From positions 62,001 through 126,000 of the forward strand of contig CM060735.1 of NCBI GenBank assembly GCA_030704615.1: a stretch of 64,000 bases of DNA, written 5' to 3'. Each line of letters starts with the position of its first letter. The stretch's first letter is position 1. Under the pieces are notes generated by a model, which saw only the letters and a list, made by a program, of their open reading frames with translations, made no database searches and was not told the DNA's origin. Origin of the DNA: Takakia lepidozioides. Its lineage: Eukaryota > Plantae > Bryophyta. This document shows, in pieces, positions 54,541-64,000 of this stretch. The translations under genes were made by a program, and so were the position numbers.

Positions 54541-57015
54541 TTACAAACATAGACTTAGCGCCATTTGATGAGTGACTAAAAATAAGGGAGAGGGGTATAG
54601 AAAGAAAAAAGTAATAAAAAATAAAGTAATTGCTAGTAGTAAGGATTTTTCACGATCCATGGGTCTATATAGAATCCAGGTTTTAGGTGTATCAAAATAC
54701 ATTATTTTCACAAAGCGTATATAATAAAAACAACTGATAACGCTAGTAACAACTCCTATTAAGGCTAGTAAGTAAGCCCCGCAGCCTAAAGCGGCGAAAA
54801 ACAAATAGAATTTGCTACGAAATCCGGCTAACGGGGGTATTCCTGCGTATGGAAACATAGTAATAGACGGGGTAATAGCTGAAATAGGATTAGTTTTGGC
54901 TAAAGCACCTAAATCCGCTATATATTTGAAACGGTTTTGACGTAATGCTAAAACTATGGCGAATACATTGATGGTCATTAATACATAAATAAAGACACCG
55001 ATTAGTAGCGATTGAATCCCTTCTATGGTTCCACATGAAAAACCAATGAAGAGATAACCTACATGTCCGATAGAACTATAAGCTAAAGGTCTTTTAACTT
55101 TGTTTTGGGCCATGGCGGCCAGTGCTCCTAAGATCATAGAAGCGATGCTGCAGAAAAGGAATAGTTGTTGCCATGTCGGATCATAGAAACTATAAATAGA
55201 AACACGTACCATATTGGCAAGAATAGAGATTTTAGGTGCAATAGGAAAGAATGCTGTAACCGGAGTAGGTGAACCCTCGTATACATCAGGTGCCCACATA
55301 TGAAAAGGAACTGCTGTGATCTTAAATGGAAAACCTACGGCAATAAATAAAATCCCCATAAAAATACCACTAGATTGAGCACCGAACGAAGTGATTTCAT
55401 ATCCAGTGAAAATCTTAGCTAATTCCTCAAAGTTAGTAACTCCAGTAAATCCGTAAATCATAGAACGACCAAACAATAAAATTCCAGGGGAGAATGCACC
55501 TAAAATAAAATATTTTGAGCCGGCTTCTGTGGAAAATTCAGAGTCTCTTTTTGGGGCTGCGATCACATGAAAACGTAAACTCTGAGGCTCAATAGCTAAA
55601 TACGTGGCAATTAAATCATAAGCCGAGATCATAAGAAGCATACTGCGAGTAGGAAGTGAAATTGGGACAATAGATTCAAAAGCATTCAAACTCTCTTCTT
55701 TGAAATAATCCAAACACATAACTATAGTGCTAGCCGTACTTAATAATAGAAAGATTTGGCAAAAATATGTAAAATTGTCTATTATTAAATTATTATAGAA
55801 TAAATTGGCAACAGTTAGAGGTGCGCCAGCGGCAACCAATAGGATGGTTATTAGATACCGATAGGGTTCTTACCCCCCGGTCAGAACCACACGTGCAAGT
55901 TTCCTTGCATGTGGCTCGTCCATGATAACTTCTTCGGGTTTACGGACCGGGACCCCCCAGGGCTGGGCCTGCATAGACGAAACGGAACATCGGTCATGTT
56001 CGGAGTTGGCGTTATGCCATATCGTCTTCCATTCCCAAGGGGTATATTGGTTACGTCCGTAGGTGGAGTAATCAAAATCGCTGCTTTGCCCAGCTGTTGC
56101 CTTAGTCCTTCATTCAGGGTTGGTATATTGACGTAGGAAGTCTCGTTAGTATGAGGCTGAAAGTTAGTTACACTCAGCAAAAAAAAATATTTTTTTTTTC
56201 CCAGTCAGCTAGGCCAGCCTCTATTGGCATTATCCCAAATCGCTTCTCCGATTCTGCTACACCTTCCAGACGCGGCGCGCGTCCGCGTGTTTCCAGTACA
56301 GCGCATTATCACCTACCTCCCTTTCCTCCGAGCTCTTCACTCCAAGGGGCATCGTCGTATGCTCGACATTAATTGCCCGGTGTACTTTTCGGGGTACATT
56401 ATGGAAGGATCTGTCACCCGTACATTTTTGGCCAAAGCCTCGGTCTCCAAGGGATTTTCAAAAGTCTTTTTTGAAATCGTAGCAAAATATTTTTTTTTCT
56501 CTGGGCTACGCCCCGCTTCTCTCGAAGCTGGTCCCTATAGAGTCCATTTGGGTGATCCCTAGTTTGCGCGTTTGGTCGTTTGCTCGCCGTTTAGTTACGT
56601 GTACGACTCTTCCTGTTCGTTACAGTTACGTCCGGAGGGTTGCTCGCGCGTGAGTAGCGTTCGGGCCCACGTGCCTTCCGGCCCCGCCCCTCGTTGGGGG
56701 GAGTTACCTTACTCCTATGCGTACGATTGTCCTTGCGGCGAAACGCGGATAGTACCCATGCTATGGTTCCCTGCGGTCTGATCCCACATAAGGTTAGGGA
56801 GTCCACCCGAGCGATTGCTTTCAACCTTCGTCTTCCCAAACGCGCCCTCCTAGGCGCGCAACACTAAGTGAACCAAGCCAACTCACATTACGCACCAATG
56901 GTGGATAATCATATTTCTTAGAGGTACTAAATACAACTCCATAAATAAGCGAAATGATGGTTGCGTTAATAAGAAAGATCTCTGGGAAAAGCGCTAAAAA
57001 ATCATGTTCAAACAT
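54541..57015 (-). CDS. nad2: NADH dehydrogenase subunit 2; exons 57015-56860, 55854-54541 (1470 nt, 489 aa)
   Basis: MFEHDFLALFPEIFL..FKITAVPFHMWAPDVYEGSP..AGIPPLAGF. Confidence 0.96.
55855..56859 (-). mobile_element. Group II intron nad2i156 (5' end GCGCG)
   Basis: Domain V GAGCCACATGCAAGGAAACTTGCACGTGTGGTTC; ends GGTAT. Confidence 0.9.
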
Positions 57016-57041
57016 TTCTTCGAACCTCTTTTTTATGTTTC

Positions 57042-59256
57042 TTAATCAAATTTTCCATGTTGCACTAAGTTACTTACGGAAGTATGCATACACTCTGGGA
57101 ACACTTCGGGGTAAACACCCATCCGAATAACTCCGACAATAAAAGGTAAAAATATTAGAACTTCTCTTCTATTTAAATCGGATAATTTTTGGAGGAAATT
57201 GGGTTTTAAATTCCCAAAAATCACACGATTATATAGCCAAAGAGAATAAGCTGCGCCTAAAATCATCCCAAGTGCTGCTAATGTGGCCACTAAGCTATTT
57301 CTTTGGAAAGCTCCTACTAAAATGAGAAATTCCCCGATAGAGCTGCTAGTACCGGGTAAACTCATATTGGCTAAAGTGGGGAATAAGGGAATGGTAGGAA
57401 ACATTGGCATGGTGCTGACTAAACCTCCATAATATTTAACAAGTCGAGTCTTATGTCGGTCATATGGAGCACCAACACGTGGAGAAGGGGCTGAAGGAAC
57501 CGGTCCATGACTTGACATAGGTAAAATACTACCTTCAATTCCCTGTATGTTTGGACTGAACATACCAATAGTCACAAAATTCATATGGGCTACTGGAGAG
57601 TGGGCAATAATTTTCTTCAGATCGATTTGTCTTATTGTAGTCAAGGAAGTATATATAATAGCAATCACGCTTGGAGTATAAATGAAAGGAGTGGAATGAA
57701 GTGTCGCTTCAGGAAACATGGGTATGGAAAATCTTGAAAAACCATAGGTTCCTAATTTTAGAAGAATTCCTGCCAAGATTACAGATCCAGCCGTAGGTGC
57801 CTCTACATGAGCTTCGGGTAACCGAATATGCACTGGTACCATAGGCACTTTCACGGAGAGAGAAGCAAAAAAAGCAATCCATAGCAAGATTTGGCGCCGC
57901 TCACTAAATTCTGTAGTTAATAATATTTGTAAATCAGTGGTTCCTGTTTGAGAAAAAATAAATAAAATGGCTAAGAGCATGAAGACAGATCCAAGTAGAG
58001 TATATAAAAAAAACTGATATGCTGCTCGTATTTTTCTTCGTCTAGAACCCCATACCCCTATAATAATGGGAGAGTAAGGGATAGGCCCTCTGCTTTATCT
58101 CCCCACGATAAGTGGGTCGGGAAAACGCTTCTTCAGTAGGTACCCACTCCCTTCTCAGGGAACCGTACGTGATACTCTCGCATCATACGGCTCCGTCTCG
58201 AGATAGCTGATGAGTCGGAAAGAAACGCCAAGCCGAAAAAAATATATATTTTTTATTTTGGTCCTCTCTTTTGTTTCAGCAACTCATCCTGCGGCCTCGC
58301 CAATCGCTTCCGGGGGGAGGAATCGACCTGAGGCCTTTTCTCAAGACCAGGACGATTATCCCTGTCAACTCAATAGGTAGCTGACGAGTTTACGTCCATC
58401 CCCAGGCGTCGGGTACAGTTCCCTTCCCCGCCACCCCCGTAGCCGTCACCTGTAATTCGCGCAGGTGTGTCTGCACCCCCTGGACTTGACGAAAAATGTT
58501 TTCCCGCAGCAAAACTCCATTCTCCTCCGCCTAGGAGCACCCTTTCCTGCATGTCCATACAATACTCGAGTAGGCAGGGTGAAGTCTTGCAAGGTACCCA
58601 TTCAGAGTACCTCCCTAATCCCAGATAGGTCATCCGACGGGTTCGACCAAAAAGCTATGCTTACACACAAGACTACCCTTCTCCGAAAGCTTCGCGGGGA
58701 CTACTAAACTTAGATCCGCCCGGAGGAGTTTACTGCACAAGGCTCCTGCAGAGGCGGCGCTTCGCGCCGCGAATATCAGATGCTCAGCTCCGCACAACAT
58801 AGGGATTGAAACGCTTTCAGGAAAAACATAAGATAGTAAAAGATCCGGCATGCGAAACACAGCAATCATGAAAGATTCACGAATTAAAAACGCTATCATA
58901 TACTCTTTTTTATAACTCTTGATACTGGACCAACCTACTGGAATGCGAATAGGAATTAAAAATGTGGTCAAGACCACAGAGAATAAAGAGATACCATCTA
59001 TACCTATGTGAAAATTGATGTTTGAATAAGGAAGCCATCGAATGGTTTCCACAAATTGAAATTTGGCTGTAGAATTATCGAATTGTATCCAAGGAAAGGG
59101 AGAATACAAAAAAGTAATCAAAGAGGTGCACAAACCAATACTTCGTATCAGTCGTATTCTTGAATCAGGGATAACAAAAGTAATAATGCTTCCTAACGGA
59201 GGACACGGAATAAGACCACTGAGATTGGAATAAAATGGAGCTAAGAATTGTAACGT
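57042..59256 (-). CDS. nad4: NADH dehydrogenase subunit 4; exons 59256-58796, 58068-57042 (1488 nt; ACG start)
   Basis: (M)LQFLAPF..IPMF|IIIGVWG..LPEAHVEAPTAGSVILAG. Confidence 0.96.
58069..58795 (-). mobile_element. Group II intron nad4i461 (paralog of nad1i728)
   Basis: GTGCGG...TACTCTCC; long similarity to 31200-31628. Confidence 0.92.
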
Positions 59257-59887
59257 AAATGTTTACTCTTCTTCCAATAAATCCCGAGGACGCAGCTCTC
59301 TTCGCAGGCCGCAGGTCTATATCTCTTCTCGGCTTTCCAGCCATAGCGGCCGATGGGTATATCACCCCGCACTTATATACATAACGCCCGTAACAATTGC
59401 ATAACTTGATGGGCTTTTGTATGCGCATACTATGTAATTGCATGCTTCGCCCTTCGCTGCTTTGCCCAACGCTTCAGGGCCTGCTACTATGACCGGACGG
59501 ACCCGGTCAAGGCCGGGGGGATAAGAAAAAGCCAATTAATGGGCCAAAAAAAATTTTTTTTTCCGTTCTATGTTTCTTTCGTTTTCTCCCCTCCGACCCT
59601 CGATCTATCATTCCATCATTCCAACCTTTACTTCCTCCTTCCCCCTCCTCGGATTCCCTATAGTATAGGCCCGAACCAATCCCGTGCTGAGGACTCCTTT
59701 TTTCAGGACTCATCGTAGATGAACTGCAAAGCGTAGCTTGGGCTCCAAGAAAAATCTATTTTTTTTTTCGCTCGTCAGGCTTCGGGCCTCGGCCCTCCCT
59801 CCCAGCGGAGCTGAGAAAAGGGCGTAGCACCGGCTTATCATTGCGTCCCTTGAAGTTTCGTGTTATTATACGAGGAAGTTTGGACCT

Positions 59888-62800
59888 TTGGTTCGTGCTA
59901 ATGTCTTTTTCGAAACGGATAAATAGAAAACTCACTATGTAAATAAAATACAATCGATTATCTACCCGAAAAGAAATAGAATCCCACAGACCTATTATGG
60001 TAATAAATATGGTTAAGCCAATCGACATCACAGAAGCATAATGATAAACAAAGCCACTTTGAAGTTTACTGATTTGCTTGGCTAATTTTCGAAATGTGTA
60101 CGAAATCCCATAAGGCCCCAAGATTTCAATAGCACCCTTATCTAAAGCTTTAAATGAGACTTCGTATCCAAGATGCAAAAACGATCTAACTATAAGGTCA
60201 TTAAAAACTTTATCAAAAAACCAGCGCTTATTTAAAAAGCAATATAGTCGATTACCCAAAGTACTAGTTTTCGAAGCGAAAATGAATTGATTTGCTACAA
60301 AATTTATATTATACGCCACAAAAGCACCTAAAGTACTAAACAAAATAGGAATTAGTTTGATAATTGTTGGAGTAGCAAACTCGGATTCGGCAATAATTTC
60401 ATTTTTGGGTAGTGTGAAAAGGGAATTAGCCCGAAAATTGGTACCTAAACCAATCATCGTATCGGTCCCTAAGCCGTTCCATTGCTGGAACGGCTTGGCT
60501 TCAAAACCGTACGTGAGGCTTCCGCCTCATACGGCTCCTCTCAGGATTTTCCGTCTCCCCGCTTGTTTTCAACATGGCAATGCTTGTCTAGGAGTTGAAG
60601 GTTGTTGTATACGAACACCCAAGGATTTCACTTTGATGTGGTCTACTCCCATGTCCTCGTGGTTTCCGAACATCTTTGGGCAATGTACTCAAGAGCCCCT
60701 TCAGGAGTTTGGCTACCGCATCTGGAGCCTCAGATTCCAGTAAATATTATTTCCGTCGAAGGTGCGCAGCGGAGAAGAGAAGTCGAAACGGAAAAAAAAT
60801 ATAGATTTCTTTGCTGTTGCGCCCTCTCCTCACTCGGCTTGTATTTCCATTGGGCTCTTATCTTGTCTCACCTTAATGTGCTTGTGGCTAGCTATCCAAC
60901 TCGGTTTGACCAGGTAATATTCTTTTTTAACCCCAAAGGCCGTTGTGTAGGAGTCGTACGAAATCCAGTTATCTTGGTGTGCTTTCCCTTGGAAGATCCA
61001 GCTTCTCCTTTCAGGGAAGTACTTTAGTTTGATTTTATCACGACCCCATGTTGGGTGCCGTCGGTACACCCATGCTCGGATCTTTTGAAAGATGTCATGG
61101 TCTAGTCTCCGGAATACATTGCTGCATTCGGAGTATTTGAAGTAGTTGCCCCATCCCACTATTTCGGGTACCGGGGTTGCGATAGGTTGGTAGGCCGCTT
61201 TTCCCTTTGAGAGTTGGATGGCCCGTCGAATCTCCTCGAGAAATCTCCGGCGAGACTCACGAGACGGAGTTATTAAAGTTTTCACTTTGCCCCATTTCCA
61301 GATATGATTGATTGGGAACCCTAGGAATTGGAACCCGGATCTGGTGTTGACTATCTGGGTCTTATCCGGGTGCAATTCTAGTCCCATGCACTTTAACCAT
61401 TCCCCCAGAAATGTCCGAGCCTGTTCTAGGACCTCCCTGGATTGGTGAAGTACAACGAAGTCGTTGGCATATCTAACCAGTATCGGAGTTGGTTCTTGGG
61501 GGTGTGCTTTCAGTGCCCACTCCCCCAAAGCTGTCTCCATCCCATGGAGAGCAATGTTGGCTAGCAGTGGGGAGATGACACCACAGGTGCCCATATTACT
61601 GGTCTCCACGTACTGGGGATTATTCCCCAATCCGGTCATGATGTCGGCTTTCAGCCAGGCTTTGACCTGTCTGGCTAGACTAGACAGAGTTTTAAGTTTG
61701 TCCAAGAGGGCTTCGTGGTTGATGCGATCGAAACATTTGGAAATGTCCGCGTTCGGAACATACTTAGGCTTGGCTCGAATAGCTAAGAATATGGCTTCGA
61801 TGGCATCCTGGCAGCTCCGTCCAGGTCTGAATCCATAGGAATTGGGTTCGAAGCGGGCTTCCCATTCGGGTTCCGGGGCCATCCTGGCCAAAGCCTGCTT
61901 GGCTCTGTCCCCGATAACGGGGATGGGCCGGAGAGATGAAAAGGCGCGAAGTGCAGTTCGATAAAAAAAATCTATATTTTTTTTGGCTGGTAGTTTTCTG
62001 GGCGCAAAGCGCGCTCGGTTGACTTTACGTCTTCTGGCGCGCGGCGCAGAAAGGGCGCAGCAAAATATATATATTTTTATTGCTGGTAGTTTTCTGGCTT
62101 GTAGTTTTATTGGTCGCTTTTCCTCCTCCCGGGGCTCCGATATCCCTATTCGACGAATGGGCGTAGCCTTCCCATCCAATTGGAGCCCTCTTGCCATCTC
62201 TATTCTTTGTGGCCCCGAGGTCACCACCTTCTCGTCAATGCCAGGGTTTTTTCTCCCTCGGTTCTCCTGTGTAACTCGTCTCACGGCTAATAGTCTGGCG
62301 TGTATATTTTGTATGAGTCTAGATTGTGGAGCACGCATCTTATCCGTATCGTTGGAGCGAGAAGCTTGGTAAATCCTGGTTTGGAGTCTAAAAACAACTG
62401 CCTTGACCTTAGGCCAAGGAATTTGTTCCCGGGGTATCGTTCGGGTATCTATGTATAACCTACTCATAACTTATTCTCCTTTCCAGTTTCTACTGAGATC
62501 CCAAGTCTCCAAGTGGGCATAATAAAAATGCTGCGAAAAAAAATATATTTTGGCTGGCTGCGCCCTGCGGCCTTGGCTTTTTAGAGAATCCTGCTCCCGT
62601 GGGGCTTGTAGCTTGGCAGCCCACCGCAAGGGAGCCCTACCGGAGTCTTCCAGTTTCGAGTGTATTGGATAGTTATAGCGGCCCATAGGCGCGAGATGTA
62701 CTTTGCGGGGCGGTCCCCGGGACATAGTCCTTTCAGACAGTGGCCGTTTAGTCCATGGTCCATTGGATGTTCGGTGCAAGACCAAAATTTTGCACTGCAA

Positions 62801-63827
62801 GTACCCCTCGTTCCTGCCCCTCGGGCCCGTCCCTCAGTGTGGCCAGTACTTGATACTGTCGGGCAGCAAAGCTTACACTTGTTCACTCATGATGGTTCAC
62901 CAGGGCCTCTTTCCTCCTCCCTTTTTTGCTCACTTCCAACTCAGAGTCTGCCAGACCTCCTACAAAGGAAAGAGAGTCGACTGAACATCTCAGCCATTGG
63001 CGGGAATTTCGCCCGCATCCAATTCTCAATTATCGTTCACCTCGAAAAAAAAATATATTTCTTCCGTGTTGGGTGAGCAACAGCCGCTTCGTCACAGGAG
63101 TGACTTATGGGCTAACAGGTCACACTTTGGCCAAGTATCCTACAAAAATACTTCCAGAAGCTAAAAGGATTAAAGGGATTGCCATAAGAATGGGCGCATC
63201 GTGACATCGTAAGATGTCTCGCTTGAACGAATTTGTTGGTGCTAAAAAGGTTGGGAAAAGTAAACGAAAAGAGTAATAAGAAGTAAAGAAGACAGAGACA
63301 CTTCCCAACCGGAAAGCAAAGTTACCACTGATTGTATATTTAGTATAAGCAGGCTCTGAAATAACATCTTTGGAGTAAAATCCGGTACGAAGAGGGAAAC
63401 CTATTAGAGATAAGCTGCCTATAAGCATCATAGCATAAGTGAAAGGTAACAAGGAAGCAAGCCCTCCCATCTTACGCATATCTTGCTCATCCGACATGGC
63501 ATGAATCACTGAACCTGCACTCAAAAGGAGTAATGCTTTAAAAAAAGCGTGATTCATTAAGTGAAATACGCTAACAGAATAGTTAGAAATGCCGCGAGCA
63601 AAGATCATATAGCCTAATTGACTACGAGTTGGATAGGCTATGACCCTCTTTAAATCGTTCTGTAATATTCCGGTGGTTGCCGCGAAGAATGACGTCATAG
63701 CTCCTACAGGAGTAGTAACAATCGAAGCATTGGGTGAGTATTCGAATGAAGGGGAGCACCTTGCTATCATGGAAACGCCTGCTGTTACCGTAGTAGCTGC
63801 ATGAATCGAAGCGGATACTGGAGTGGG
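59888..63827 (-). CDS. nad5: NADH dehydrogenase subunit 5, 3' exons 63827-63126 and 60463-59888 (stop by CAA>UAA); the 5' part lies outside the window
   Basis: [39 protein letters not shown]|D(T>M)MIGLG. Confidence 0.95.
60464..63125 (-). mobile_element. Group II intron nad5i1455
   Basis: GTGTGA 5' end; domain V near 60504-60537. Confidence 0.92.
60830..62467 (-). CDS. Intron-encoded maturase/RT of nad5i1455 (545-aa open frame; YADD altered to YAND; in-frame repeat insertion)
   Basis: [21 protein letters not shown]; [12 protein letters not shown]; [14 protein letters not shown]; [10 protein letters not shown]; GWGNYF. Confidence 0.85.
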   Translation of the reverse strand: MSRLYIDTRTIPREQIPWPKVKAVVFRLQTRIYQASRSNDTDKMRAPQSRLIQNIHARLLAVRRVTQENRGRKNPGIDEKVVTSGPQRIEMARGLQLDGKATPIRRIGISEPREEEKRPIKLQARKLPAIKIYIFCCALSAPRARRRKVNRARFAPRKLPAKKNIDFFYRTALRAFSSLRPIPVIGDRAKQALARMAPEPEWEARFEPNSYGFRPGRSCQDAIEAIFLAIRAKPKYVPNADISKCFDRINHEALLDKLKTLSSLARQVKAWLKADIMTGLGNNPQYVETSNMGTCGVISPLLANIALHGMETALGEWALKAHPQEPTPILVRYANDFVVLHQSREVLEQARTFLGEWLKCMGLELHPDKTQIVNTRSGFQFLGFPINHIWKWGKVKTLITPSRESRRRFLEEIRRAIQLSKGKAAYQPIATPVPEIVGWGNYFKYSECSNVFRRLDHDIFQKIRAWVYRRHPTWGRDKIKLKYFPERRSWIFQGKAHQDNWISYDSYTTAFGVKKEYYLVKPSWIASHKHIKVRQDKSPMEIQAE

Positions 63828-64000
63828 CCACTCCTGCTGCATAACCCCTTACGCTTCCACAAGGCCAGGAAAAGGATATTTCGGAGCATTGGGTAATGAG
63901 CTGGTGGGCCTAGCAAGAGTAGGGACTGGATCTTCCACTTATGAAATAGAGACTCTCCCAATAATCTTACGGATGGCCGCTGCGCCCCTAACAACTGAGA
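63828..64000 (-). mobile_element. Group I intron nad5i753, 3' part
   Basis: The downstream exon is 702 nt (1455 minus 753) and the intron ends in G. Confidence 0.85.

Overview
Plant mitochondrial DNA, almost certainly from a moss. The evidence is the gene order and the moss-type intron set: nad7i140, nad7i209, atp1i1127, nad9i283, cobi420g1, nad1i287, nad1i728, cox3i506, cox2i104/373/691, atp6i80, nad2i156, nad4i461, nad5i753g1 and nad5i1455. The genes need extreme C-to-U RNA editing: 11 ACG starts, 5 CAA/CAG stops and many Pro/Ser/Arg codons at conserved Leu/Phe/Trp/Cys positions, with no sign that U-to-C editing is needed. This suggests Takakia (inference). Order along the window: rps8-like exon plus intron, rps14, rpl5, rpl16, rps3, rps19, rpl2, rps10, nad7, trnT/A/S/D/V, nad3, trnW, atp1, nad9, cob, nad1, cox3, cox2, a 5-kb mosaic spacer, nad6, atp6, rps7, rps12, trnE/R/G, nad2, nad4, nad5 (partial). 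The most notable features are missed by the ORF track. (1) A trnN(GUU) split by a 1.47-kb group II intron. (2) A group II intron in an rps8-like first exon. (3) A liverwort-type trnS(GCU)i43 intron that has lost domain V, in a tRNA with a genomic GCC anticodon. (4) An orphan group II intron 3' end fused to a nad1 fragment at a site that has no intron in the resident nad1. (5) An open rps10 frame. (6) Two gene pairs (rpl2-rps19, cox2-cox3) that are continuous reading frames in the DNA and are separated only by editing. (7) Several families of small palindromic repeats that invade spacers, introns and reading frames. All coordinates were read by hand. Comparisons with other species are from memory and were not checked against databases.
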